Origin: an uncultured Phycisphaeraceae bacterium
GTDB taxonomy: Bacteria > Planctomycetota > Phycisphaerae > Phycisphaerales > UBA1924
Assembly: GCA_964351165.1 (NCBI GenBank)
Contig: CAYGNN010000001.1
Location: 1 to 54,244, forward strand
DNA length: 54,244 nt
Reading direction: 5' to 3'
Part shown: positions 9,951 through 19,230 of the stretch, in pieces
Layout of the letters: each line of letters starts with the position of its first letter
Numbering within the stretch: position 1 is the stretch's first letter
The notes under the pieces: model-generated
What the model saw: only the letters and a program-made list of their open reading frames with translations
Databases searched by the model: none
What the model was told of the DNA's origin: nothing
Made by a program: the position numbers and the translations under genes

Positions 9951-11498
9951 TCAGTCGCAGAACGTGCCGAACTGCGCCAGCAGGATCCCAAGGTCCGCCG
10001 TGTCGATGAACCGGTCGAGGTTCAGGTCCGTTCTGGCGCCGACCGATCCGAAATCGGAGAGCAGCAGGCCGAGGTCCGCGGTGTCCACGACGCAATCGCC
10101 GTTGATGTCCGCGGAGAGCTGCCGATCGATCGCCTGCAACTCAAATCGCGAGATGACCTCGTACCCGAGCGTGGAGAGGTGCGCGCCGGTCGGGAAGTCG
10201 TACCAGCCGCTCGAGAGCATCTCCGGCTTCGTCGCCAGCCGGTAGTGGTTCACGAACGCGATGTTGGGCGCATCGGCGGTGACCTCGCTCAGCGCCTGCC
10301 GGAACCCATAGGGGTCGGGCTCCGGCTCGAGCCGCTCGTGGCAACCGACGAGCAGGAAGACCAGCTCGCTGTGGTCCCACCCTGCGAGCGTCCAGACCTC
10401 GTTGATCTGCGCGATGATCTCCCGCGTGTTGTCCGCCACCGCAGCGCCGGTCCCGCCTGGCTGCGGCGCATCCGGGCCGATCGAGAAATCGAGCTCGGTG
10501 AAGTCATTGGCGCCGAACGCGATCCGGACGAGGATCTTCTTGTCGCCGGCCTGCTTGTCGCGGATCCGCTCGAAGAACGTCCGGAGCTGTTCCTCCGGTG
10601 TCGTGCGCAGCGCCATGGCGCAGTCCCGCGCCGTCGCGCCGCCGACTCCGAAGAGCGTGCTCACGCTCTGCCCTGCCAGCTGATCGGTGTCCTCGACCCG
10701 CATGTAGAGCGCGTGCACAGGACCGACGCCGTCCGGAGCGCCGCTCGCGAACCATCGGAAGCGGATGTCGCCGGACGTGCGCACCGCAGCAGGGAGATCG
10801 ATGAACGACGACGCGATCCCGAACGCCCCGGTCTGCGGCGAGATCGGCGCGTGCGTCGGGCTGAACCCTCCCGGCTGCGAGATCCCAGGCTGGAAGACCG
10901 CGCCTGGCGCGACGTCGAACGTGCCGTAATCAAAGTGGAACCGGAGGTTGCTCTCGATATCGAAGTTGTTCTGCGACCACTTGGCGTTGTGCGTGCTGAA
11001 CCGCATGCCGATGTTCGAGCCGCCGGCGATCATCTGCCCATCCGGGAGGTACGCGTAGGGGGTGACGTCCACGCCCTGCGATGGGAAGCTGTACGCCAGC
11101 AGCGGCGACGGCGCGCCGCTTGGCGGCATGCTCGCCGAGGCCATCGTGTTGAGCGCGATGCCGATGTCCTTGTTGTCGCCGGCGCCCAGCAGGGGGGTGG
11201 CGTACATCGGGTAGCGCTCGCCCAGCGCGACGGTCCAGCCGTCCTGCCAGCCGACGCTGCTGAAGAGCTGGTTGCTGTCGCCCAGCTGCACGATGTCGAT
11301 CCGCCTGGTCGCCGCTTCCGCGAGCAGGTCGCGGACCACGCCGGCGTTGGCCGTGATGGGGCCCTCGCCATCACCACCGGCGTGCGACGGCGCAGCAGCG
11401 CACAGCGCCGCGAGCAGGCAGGCGGAGACGGTGCAGCTCGTGACAGATCGGTGCATGAGAAAGCGGTTGGGATTCAACGTGTGGTTCGGCAGGTTCAC
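9951..11498 (-). CDS. secreted SGNH/GDSL-family hydrolase with C-terminal dockerin-like repeats
   Basis: Signal-peptide-like N-terminus (MHRSVTSCTVSACLLAALCAAAPSHA; an alternative ATG is at 11456). SGNH blocks are IVQLGDSNQ (I), IAFGANDF (III) and GAHLSTLGYE (V). The C-terminus DINGDCVVDTADLGLLLSDFG...DLNLDRFIDTADLGILLAQFG is a duplicated Ca-binding dockerin-type repeat. Confidence 0.7.
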   Translation of the reverse strand: MNLPNHTLNPNRFLMHRSVTSCTVSACLLAALCAAAPSHAGGDGEGPITANAGVVRDLLAEAATRRIDIVQLGDSNQLFSSVGWQDGWTVALGERYPMYATPLLGAGDNKDIGIALNTMASASMPPSGAPSPLLAYSFPSQGVDVTPYAYLPDGQMIAGGSNIGMRFSTHNAKWSQNNFDIESNLRFHFDYGTFDVAPGAVFQPGISQPGGFSPTHAPISPQTGAFGIASSFIDLPAAVRTSGDIRFRWFASGAPDGVGPVHALYMRVEDTDQLAGQSVSTLFGVGGATARDCAMALRTTPEEQLRTFFERIRDKQAGDKKILVRIAFGANDFTELDFSIGPDAPQPGGTGAAVADNTREIIAQINEVWTLAGWDHSELVFLLVGCHERLEPEPDPYGFRQALSEVTADAPNIAFVNHYRLATKPEMLSSGWYDFPTGAHLSTLGYEVISRFELQAIDRQLSADINGDCVVDTADLGLLLSDFGSVGARTDLNLDRFIDTADLGILLAQFGTFCD

Positions 11499-11550
11499 GG
11501 ATCATTTCTTCGATCCGATCCAGACTGGTATACAGCCGGAATGCCCCAGT

Positions 11551-12480
11551 TCAAGGCTGATTCTGCAACTTCGCCAGCTGCGCAGGGCTGATCGATCGGT
11601 CGGGAACGCTCCCTGCATCGAGCTGGACCACCACGAGGTCATCGAAGCCCCGGAGGTCCTCGATCCGCTGCACCGGTGCGAGGCGGACGCGCAGCAGGCG
11701 CTTCTCCAGACCGAAGACCGCCATGGCTGGTCCGTCGTCGTTATCGAGGATGGCGCGCCGGACGAACTCCCGCGTGGAGTCCCGGTTGCATTCGAAGAGC
11801 AGGAACCGGAGGCCCTCGCGTCGCAGCAGCGAGGGGATGATCCGTTCTTCAGCGCCCTCGACATCCACCTTCGCGCCGAACGCACCGGCGCCCGCCGTCT
11901 CGTCCAGGAACGCGTTGATCTCGCGCACGCGGACGCGCACCGTTGTACCGTCTGCGTTCTCCGGCTGATCAACGAGGCTCGCGGCGCCGGTGTGCCTGGC
12001 TGCGAGGCGCAGCTCGAACTCGCCGTCCTCATCGAGCAAGCCGATCTGGTGCACCGTGCTGCTGCAGCGCAACGCGGTTGAGGCGTTGCGGATCCCCTCG
12101 CACAACTCCGGTTGTGGCTCGACAAAGTGAACCGCGCCGGATTCCCCGACCGCCGCGGCGCAGAGCAAGCCCACAACGCCGTGGTTGGCGCCGATATCGA
12201 GCAGCGTGTCGCCCTCGCGCAGCAGGGCCCTGCAGGTCCCGACGATCTTGGGGTCCACCGTGCCGAAGAAGAAGAGCATCCGGCCGTTGAAATCGCTGAG
12301 CCGCACCGGCAGGGTGGCGCCCGAACGCAGCCTGGCCGTCACCGGCTCGTCGAACCGATCGAGCCGGAAGATCCGCAGCAGGTAGTAGCAGACTTGCCCG
12401 TGCCTGGTTTTGATCGGGGCGAGCCGCAGCGCCAGCGCGATGGCTCGCAGGATCGGCATGCTTGCGGTGGGGCGGCTCAT
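11551..12480 (-). CDS. FkbM-family methyltransferase
   Basis: LLDIGANHGVVGLLCAAAVGESGAVHFVEPQPE and GAKVDVEGAEERI blocks are typical of FkbM-type SAM methyltransferases. ATG at 12480 is preferred; the 12591 extension overlaps the upstream paralogue. Confidence 0.8.
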   Translation of the reverse strand: MSRPTASMPILRAIALALRLAPIKTRHGQVCYYLLRIFRLDRFDEPVTARLRSGATLPVRLSDFNGRMLFFFGTVDPKIVGTCRALLREGDTLLDIGANHGVVGLLCAAAVGESGAVHFVEPQPELCEGIRNASTALRCSSTVHQIGLLDEDGEFELRLAARHTGAASLVDQPENADGTTVRVRVREINAFLDETAGAGAFGAKVDVEGAEERIIPSLLRREGLRFLLFECNRDSTREFVRRAILDNDDGPAMAVFGLEKRLLRVRLAPVQRIEDLRGFDDLVVVQLDAGSVPDRSISPAQLAKLQNQP

Positions 12481-12502
12481 CTTCAGGATCTGTTCCGGTT
12501 CG

Positions 12503-13402
12503 TTACAGACGATCAGGGTGCACCGGCGCGCTGGTTTGCTTGAACTGCCCACCGGCGAGCACGACGATGTCGTGGAACTGCGTGAGGTCATCGTCCTTGC
12601 TCAGGGGGCGCAGCCGGACGGTCCAGAGGTTCTTCTCGATCCCGAAGAGCTGCAGGTCGCGTTCCTCCGCGGCGCTGTGGACGATGTCGCGCACCGAATC
12701 CCGGTTGCACTCGAAGACCGCGAAGCGGAACCCATCGTGGCGGAGGATCGCAGGGAGGATCTTCACTTCCGCGCCCTCGACATCGATCTTCGCACCGAAC
12801 GAACCGGACCCGACCGTGTCATCGAGGAACGAATCGATCTTCCGCGTCTTGACGGTGATTCCTTTCCCGTCGCCATGCTCAGGGGTATCAGCCAGGCTGG
12901 CGGCGCCGGTGTGCCCACCCTCGAGCTGCAGCGTGAACTCGCCGTCCTCGTCCCACAGGCCGATCTGGTGCACCGACGCGTTGCTCGCGCCGACCGACTT
13001 GATCGCGTCGCCGATCACGCCGCACAGCTCCGGCTGCGGCTCGACGAAGTGGACGCTGCCGCCGCTGCCGACGCGGCCGAAGCACTGCAGCCCCACCGCG
13101 CCGTGGTTGGCGCCGATATCCAGGAACGCGTCGCCCTCGCGCAGCAATGACTTGCACGTGCAGACGACCTTGGGATCGACGGTCCCGAAGAAGTACAGCA
13201 TGCGGCCGTTGTAATCGCTTAGCCGCACGCGGAGCGTCGCGCCGCTGCGCAGCCTGGTGGATACGAGGTCGGTGTGCCGATCGAGCTTGAAGACCTTGCG
13301 CATCAGGGTGCTCACGCCGCCGAGCCTGGTCTTGATGGGCGTCAGGCGCAGCCCGAAACCGATGAGCCGCAGCAAGGGCGCCGCGATGGTGGGGTGGGTC
13401 AT
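12503..13402 (-). CDS. FkbM-family methyltransferase, tandem paralogue
   Basis: FLDIGANHGAVGLQCFGRVGSGGSVHFVEPQPE and GAKIDVEGAEVKI. The ATG at 13402 overlaps the stop of the upstream GT4 gene (ATGA). It is collinear with, and clearly similar to, the 11551-12480 copy at both protein and DNA level. Confidence 0.8.
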   Translation of the reverse strand: MTHPTIAAPLLRLIGFGLRLTPIKTRLGGVSTLMRKVFKLDRHTDLVSTRLRSGATLRVRLSDYNGRMLYFFGTVDPKVVCTCKSLLREGDAFLDIGANHGAVGLQCFGRVGSGGSVHFVEPQPELCGVIGDAIKSVGASNASVHQIGLWDEDGEFTLQLEGGHTGAASLADTPEHGDGKGITVKTRKIDSFLDDTVGSGSFGAKIDVEGAEVKILPAILRHDGFRFAVFECNRDSVRDIVHSAAEERDLQLFGIEKNLWTVRLRPLSKDDDLTQFHDIVVLAGGQFKQTSAPVHPDRL

Positions 13403-14667
13403 TGCACAGGCTCCGATGCTCGGGCGCCGGCCGCGGTGCGCTGGGGCCGGTCGTTGTCGTTGGGTTTGGAAGTTGGGCCGGTGCGCACCAGCTCGCGGAT
13501 CGCCGCCGCGGCCTGCTCGCACACAACGCCCCAGTTGGTCCGGTCGGTGAAGTCCGCGAAGGCCGATCGCGCGATCGCCGCGTACTGCGCCCGGTCCTTG
13601 AAACAGGATTCGATCCGATCAGCGTACGCCGAGGGGGGCTCTTCCGGCGGGAGCGTCCATCCGGTGACGCCCTCGCGGATCGCATCCCCTGTGCCGCCGG
13701 TCCTCGTGGCGATGGAGGGCAACCCGAAGGATGACGCCTCGCAGAAGACGATCCCGTACGCCTCCGCCTGCGTGGGGAGCAGGAAGAAGTGCGACGACGC
13801 GAAGAGACCGTCCAGCGTGGCGCGCTGCGCCGGGTCGCGTTTGTCGAGGTAGCCGTGCAGCGTGACCCACGATGGCAGGTCGATTCCAGCCGGAGGCTGC
13901 ACCCCCACGATGTGCATTGCTACATCGATCCCGCGCTCGCTGAGCAGGCGCGCCGCGTCGAGCGCGATGCCGCCCCCCTTGCGTTCCCAGTCCACGCCGA
14001 CCCAGAGCAGCCGGCAGGTGTCCTCAGGGCGCGCTTCGATCAGGCGTTCGATGTCGTCCGCTGTCCGGTCGCACGCAACACCAGCGCCGCGCGAGATCAG
14101 CCGCACCTTCTCGCGGGGGAACCCATACGCGTCCGCCGCGGTGGCGCGCGCCCATTCCGATGGGAAGATCGCCATGTCGATGCGATCGAAGAGCGACTGA
14201 TCACAGGCGTGGCCGTCGCGCTCGGTGCGTGCGGAAAGGTTCGAGTACTTCGCGTAGTAGTTCAGGAGCCCTGCGAACGTGCAGTCCGTCCACAGGACCA
14301 TGGGCAGGTCCGTCCGCAGGTAGGCCAGCGGGAGACCGCCAGCGCCAAGCACGACCTGTGCATTCGATTGTTCGAGCGCCCGCTCCACCTGCCTCGCGTA
14401 ATTCCGGAGGAACCCCGGATCGCGCTGCGGGTGGTCGTTGAGCCCCCGGACCTTGGCGTTCCACAGGTACCGGAGGATGTTGATCGGGTTCCGCTGCGGC
14501 TTGAGCGGCCCGATCCGCTCGATCGTCAGCCCCGCCTGCTCCAGGCCCTCGGCCATGTGGTACCCGGTCCCGGACGCCTTGCGGATATCCCGCGAGTCGT
14601 AGGGCGACACCATCGCGACGATCAGGTTGTCAGGCTTTTCGGGATTCACCAGAGACTCAATCGGCAC
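13399..14667 (-). CDS. glycosyltransferase family 4
   Basis: GT-B signature LWVGVDWERKGG...FLLPTQAEAYGIVFCEASSFGLPSIATRTGGTGDAIREGVTGW (an EX7E-like region). The start is uncertain: GTG at 14667 gives VPIESLVNPEKPDNLIVAMVSPYD, while the ORF maximum extends to 14763. Confidence 0.8.
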   Translation of the reverse strand: MPIESLVNPEKPDNLIVAMVSPYDSRDIRKASGTGYHMAEGLEQAGLTIERIGPLKPQRNPINILRYLWNAKVRGLNDHPQRDPGFLRNYARQVERALEQSNAQVVLGAGGLPLAYLRTDLPMVLWTDCTFAGLLNYYAKYSNLSARTERDGHACDQSLFDRIDMAIFPSEWARATAADAYGFPREKVRLISRGAGVACDRTADDIERLIEARPEDTCRLLWVGVDWERKGGGIALDAARLLSERGIDVAMHIVGVQPPAGIDLPSWVTLHGYLDKRDPAQRATLDGLFASSHFFLLPTQAEAYGIVFCEASSFGLPSIATRTGGTGDAIREGVTGWTLPPEEPPSAYADRIESCFKDRAQYAAIARSAFADFTDRTNWGVVCEQAAAAIRELVRTGPTSKPNDNDRPQRTAAGARASEPVQ

Positions 14668-14807
14668 AGTCAGGGAGCGGCATTGGCAGGGAAGAAACGG
14701 TTTATCCGATGACCATGAAGGCTCGATAGTGCAAGGGTAGCGTCTCCGTCTCCCCATGAGCACGAGGCGTCCGCCGCTCCGCGCCCCTCCAAAGTACCAT
14801 CCAACCT

Positions 14808-16004
14808 GTGCGAATCGTCCAATACACCAAAGGGCTGAACGTCGAATCCGGCGGCGTCGTGCGGGCCGTGCTGAACCTCAGCCGATCCCTCGCCGAGTCG
14901 GGGCACGACATCGTCCTGATGACGCCCAACCCAGGCGATGCGCCCCAGGCGTGGATCGATGGCGAGCCTGGCGTCCCGAAGATCGTCCCGCTCCCGCCGA
15001 CGTCGCGCCCGCTCAACCGCCTGAACGCCGAGGCGAGGCGGATCGCCGCAGAGCACATCGAAGCGGCGGACCTCCTGCACATCCACGCGGTCTGGCACCC
15101 GAGCAACACCCAGCTCGCAGGCATCGCCCGCGCGACCGGAACACCCTACGTCCAGAGCCTCCACGGCATGCTCGACGATTGGTCCATGTCGCTGAGCACC
15201 ACCAAGAAACGCGTCTTTCTTGCGATGGGGGGACGCCGAACATTGCAGGGCGCCGCGGTCGTCCACTGCACCGCCGAGGCGGAGCGCGAGCAGTCGATGC
15301 CTCGGATCCCCGGCGCTACATCGTGCGTCGTGCCCCTGGCGATGGACCTCGCGCCCTTCGAATCGATGCCCGCCCCTGAGGTCGCGCACGCCGCCTTCCC
15401 AGGCGCCCACTGGAACGGTGATCCGGTGGTGCTCTTCGTCGGCAGGCTCCACCCGGTCAAGGGCGTGGACCTGCTGCTCCAGGCGTTCAAGCGGACCCTC
15501 GATGCAGGCATCGCCGCGAACCTGCTGATCGCCGGCTCCGGCGATGCGGACGAAGAACGATCCCTGAACAGTCTCGCTCAGGAACTCAGCCTGGGCGACC
15601 GCGTGGCCTTCCTGGGTCATATCCGGTCGGAGGCAAAGATTGCGCTCTACGGCGCAGCGGATCTCTTCGTCCTCCCATCGCTCCACGAGAACTTCGGATT
15701 CGTGCTCCCTGAGGCGATGGCCGCCGGGACCGCCTGCTGCACCACGCCAGGGGTCGCGATCTGGAAAGAACTCGAAACCTGCGGCGGCGCCCTGATCGTG
15801 GACCGCGATCCCGGATCGATCGCGAACGGCCTCTCCGAGTTGCTCGCGGATCGCCCCAGGCTCGACGCGATGGGTGCATCCGGCAAGGCCTGGGCATTCG
15901 AGAACCTCGCCCGAGACCGTGTCGTAGCAGCATTCGAGGCGATGTACCGCCAGGCGATGGGAGCATCGTCAGGGGCGGAAACGCCGCCATCGAGAGGGGC
16001 CTGA
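14808..16004 (+). CDS. glycosyltransferase family 4
   Basis: GTG start. MRIVQYTKGLNVESGGVVRAVLNLSRSLAESGHDIVLMT, VLFVGRLHPVKGVDLL and FVLPSLHENFGFVLPEAMAAGTACCTT. Divergent from the 13399-14667 gene. Confidence 0.85.
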   Translation: MRIVQYTKGLNVESGGVVRAVLNLSRSLAESGHDIVLMTPNPGDAPQAWIDGEPGVPKIVPLPPTSRPLNRLNAEARRIAAEHIEAADLLHIHAVWHPSNTQLAGIARATGTPYVQSLHGMLDDWSMSLSTTKKRVFLAMGGRRTLQGAAVVHCTAEAEREQSMPRIPGATSCVVPLAMDLAPFESMPAPEVAHAAFPGAHWNGDPVVLFVGRLHPVKGVDLLLQAFKRTLDAGIAANLLIAGSGDADEERSLNSLAQELSLGDRVAFLGHIRSEAKIALYGAADLFVLPSLHENFGFVLPEAMAAGTACCTTPGVAIWKELETCGGALIVDRDPGSIANGLSELLADRPRLDAMGASGKAWAFENLARDRVVAAFEAMYRQAMGASSGAETPPSRGA

Positions 16005-16050
16005 GGACGCCAAAATTACTGGAAGTCCCCGTTCTTCCTGCCGATGATCC

Positions 16051-17571
16051 GTGCTGAGACCGGCCCCGGTCCCAGAACCCACTCCCAGGGCCCCCGGCAG
16101 GGATGACGCCCGTTCAGAGATCGATGCGCCCGCCGTGTTCAACGATGTCACACCCGAAATCCTGGCCGCGATCGTCATCGGGTTCCTGTTCATCCATACA
16201 GCCCTGGTCATCGTCTCCAAGTGGGTGAACCCGCTCTTCGTGATCGTGATGGGGTACATCGCCCTGACACCGATCGCGGTCTCCGAATTCGGCTTCGCGA
16301 ACCTCGCCAAGCTGGGCCGGGTCTACTTCACCGTGCTCCTGCTCATCACCGCGGTCTTCTTCAAGAAAGGCTGGCGGCTGAAACCGACGACCGTCGCGTA
16401 CATGTGTTTCGTCTGCCTGTACGTGCTTGGCGCCCTCTGGAGCGATCAGGTCATCGGCGCCTTCATGTACAAGGGGCTCTACTTCACGCTCGCGCTCGCC
16501 GGCGCTGCGATGGCGGTCGGCGTGGACGGCCCCTGGGACTACCGCAAGGGGATGCGGCTGATGACCATCTCCGCGATCGGGTTCGCCGGGATCATGCTCG
16601 CGGAGCTGGTCCGGAACCCTGCTGCGATCAGCTCCGTCGGACGCTTCCAGCCCTGGGACATCAACCCCAACCGCGTCGCGCAGATCGCTGCGCCGCTGCT
16701 GATCATGTGCGGCTACGTCGCGCTCAACGACCACAACAAGCGCTGGAAGATCGTCGCGTGGAGCACGATGGCGATCCTCTCGATCATCATCATCTACACC
16801 GGCAGCCGCGCCGGGCTCTTCATGTGCTTTATCGGCGTCTCGGTCGCCGCGGTCCCGCTGGTGAAGCGGCCCATCGCGCTGATCGTCTCAGGCCTGCTGA
16901 TCTCAGCGATCGTCTTCGTGGTGATGGCCGTCGTCGATTCAGGCGAGGCCACCGAGCGGCTCTTCACGTTCAACCTGATCGAATCCCGAGAGGGCAAGCT
17001 GCAGGACGCGTTCGAGCTCATCGGCGAGTCCCCGGTCTTCGGGAAGGGCTGGGTCTACGAGATGGTCGGCGCCACCGACAAGGGTTCCACGATGAACCTG
17101 CACAACATGTACATGCAGATCCTCTCGGAGATCGGTTTCTTCGGAGGGCTGGTCTTCGTCGTGGTGATGCTCGTCGCGTTTACCAGAGGCCTGCTGCTGC
17201 TCAAGCTCCTGCGTGAGTCCCGCGGCTACTGCACCGACATCGCGCACCACTGCGTCGGCATGACCCTCGCCGTGCTGGGGCAGGGCGTCTCCGAGTCGTC
17301 CACCATGATGGGCTCGACCGTCAACGGACTGATGCTCACCTTCGGCTTCGGGATGATGGAGCAGACGATCTTCTTCATCAAGAGGGAGCTCGACAACGAG
17401 CAGACCGAGGGCTGGCACGCCTGGGACGAGGGCGGCGACGACTTGTGGGACGACGAAGGCGGCGCGTATCCTGACCCGGACGGCGGGTACAGCGATCACT
17501 CCGGCGGTCATGAGTACGACAACGAGCACACCGACGGCGACGAGCATGATCACGAACTGGCCTACCACTAG
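16051..17571 (+). CDS. O-antigen polymerase/ligase-family membrane protein (Wzy-like)
   Basis: About 10-12 hydrophobic segments. IIIYTGSRAGLFMCFIGVSV resembles the conserved block of the O-antigen ligase/Wzy domain. It is followed immediately by a flippase gene. There is an unusual acidic, His-rich C-terminal tail. The start (GTG 16051) is uncertain. Confidence 0.7.
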   Translation: MLRPAPVPEPTPRAPGRDDARSEIDAPAVFNDVTPEILAAIVIGFLFIHTALVIVSKWVNPLFVIVMGYIALTPIAVSEFGFANLAKLGRVYFTVLLLITAVFFKKGWRLKPTTVAYMCFVCLYVLGALWSDQVIGAFMYKGLYFTLALAGAAMAVGVDGPWDYRKGMRLMTISAIGFAGIMLAELVRNPAAISSVGRFQPWDINPNRVAQIAAPLLIMCGYVALNDHNKRWKIVAWSTMAILSIIIIYTGSRAGLFMCFIGVSVAAVPLVKRPIALIVSGLLISAIVFVVMAVVDSGEATERLFTFNLIESREGKLQDAFELIGESPVFGKGWVYEMVGATDKGSTMNLHNMYMQILSEIGFFGGLVFVVVMLVAFTRGLLLLKLLRESRGYCTDIAHHCVGMTLAVLGQGVSESSTMMGSTVNGLMLTFGFGMMEQTIFFIKRELDNEQTEGWHAWDEGGDDLWDDEGGAYPDPDGGYSDHSGGHEYDNEHTDGDEHDHELAYH

Positions 17572-17588
17572 CAGCGCGACCACCAACC

Positions 17589-19214
17589 ATGGCCAGTGAG
17601 CTCAAACGGCACGCCGTCCGCATCTTCGCCAACTACATCCGCCTGGTTTCCGGGTTCGTCATCGGCATCGCCATGGTCCCGATCCTCCTCCGCTCGACCG
17701 GCGAGGATGGTTTCGGCGTCATCGGCCTGCTCGGCGGCGCGACCGGCATCCTGCTGATCATCCGGGAGGTCGTCACCAACAGCCTCACACGCGAGGTGGG
17801 CGCCGCCTACCACGAGGGCGAGAATTCGTTCCGCGAGACCTACGCCTCCGCGACCGCGCTCTCGATCGGGGTCGGGTTCCTGACCTTCCTGCTCTACCAG
17901 GGGCTCATCTTCGCGCTCCCGCTGCTGAAGATCCCCGACCACCTGATGCACGCCGCCATGTGGATGATCATCATCCAGTCCTTCGAGGTCCTCTTCCGCA
18001 TCGCGACCGCGGCGCAGTTCAACCTGCTCCTGGTGCAGGAACGCTTTATCGCGCACAACATCGCCAACTTCGTGCGGAAGATCGCCGACCTCGCGACCGG
18101 CATCACCGTCCTGCTGACGTACCAGCAGATCAGCCCCAGCGCCGTGCTGATCCTCTACGCGATCGTCGTCTCGGCGCTCAACGTCCTGCTCCAGATCATC
18201 GTGGTCGGATGGCTGTGCTCCGTGGACCGCAGGGCGATCCCCAGGTTCAGGTCCGCCAACAAGACCGCCGGGCGGCGCATCTTCCACACCGCCAAGTGGA
18301 ACATCGCTGTCGCCTGCGCCACGACGCTCCATCTCCGCATCGACGTCATCCTGATGAACCTGCTCTTCGGGATCGTCGGGACCTCGGTGATGGTCGTCGG
18401 CATCCGCCTCACCGGGTACATGCGCCAGCTCGTCTTCGGCATGACCGATGGGCTCGACGCGGTCGCAGTCCGGATCCACCACGAGGGCGGCGCGGACGCC
18501 ATGCGCACGCTCATCCGGCACACCACACGCATCCACGCGATCGTTGTCGTCCCGGCGGCCGCGTTCCTGCTCTGCTTCGCAGAGCCCATCATCCGCGTCT
18601 GGATCACGAGCTCGCTGGATAATCCGGAAGCCTTCATCCGCGACGCCACCCTCGTCATCCAGGCGCTGACCATCGGCTTCGCCTCGCGCGCCATCGCCGA
18701 TTCCTGGATGCACCTCATGTACGGCGCAGGCTTCGTCCGCAAGTACGCGCCGATGATCGCCTTCGGCGCTGCGCTGAACCCGCTGCTTGGTCTCCTGTTC
18801 TACTGGCTGCTGCCGGAGCAGATCCGAATCACGTCGGTCGCCGCAGGCACGAGCGCCGTCTTCTTCGTCGTCCACTTCATCGGCTTGCCCATCATCCTCC
18901 GCCGCACGCTGGGCGTCCCGGTCCGCGAGGCGTACGCCCCGCTCATCCGCCCGACGCTGCTGGTCCTGATCGCGCTCCCCGCCGCGCTCATCTTCCTGTT
19001 CAAGGTCGAGCGCTGGAACATCTGGTGGCTGCTCGCCACGATGGCCACCTTCGGCGCGGTGTACGGCGGGCTGATCCTCTCCTTCGCGATGGACCGGTCC
19101 GAGCGCTCGCTCTTCCTCAACGCGCTGCGCCGCCGCCTGCCGACCTCCATCGGCGGGACCAGGGGCCGCGAGCGGTTCCCCGAGCAATCCCCCGAACAGC
19201 CAGTCGATTCGTAA
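17589..19214 (+). CDS. oligosaccharide flippase (Wzx / MOP-superfamily polysaccharide biosynthesis protein)
   Basis: 541 aa, polytopic (about 12-14 TM segments), with a basic cytoplasmic tail. Its position between the Wzy-like gene and GT genes fits a Wzx. The assignment rests on architecture and context rather than a sharp motif. Confidence 0.7.
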   Translation: MASELKRHAVRIFANYIRLVSGFVIGIAMVPILLRSTGEDGFGVIGLLGGATGILLIIREVVTNSLTREVGAAYHEGENSFRETYASATALSIGVGFLTFLLYQGLIFALPLLKIPDHLMHAAMWMIIIQSFEVLFRIATAAQFNLLLVQERFIAHNIANFVRKIADLATGITVLLTYQQISPSAVLILYAIVVSALNVLLQIIVVGWLCSVDRRAIPRFRSANKTAGRRIFHTAKWNIAVACATTLHLRIDVILMNLLFGIVGTSVMVVGIRLTGYMRQLVFGMTDGLDAVAVRIHHEGGADAMRTLIRHTTRIHAIVVVPAAAFLLCFAEPIIRVWITSSLDNPEAFIRDATLVIQALTIGFASRAIADSWMHLMYGAGFVRKYAPMIAFGAALNPLLGLLFYWLLPEQIRITSVAAGTSAVFFVVHFIGLPIILRRTLGVPVREAYAPLIRPTLLVLIALPAALIFLFKVERWNIWWLLATMATFGAVYGGLILSFAMDRSERSLFLNALRRRLPTSIGGTRGRERFPEQSPEQPVDS

Positions 19215-19230
19215 CCGCGGAGCGCTCCGA

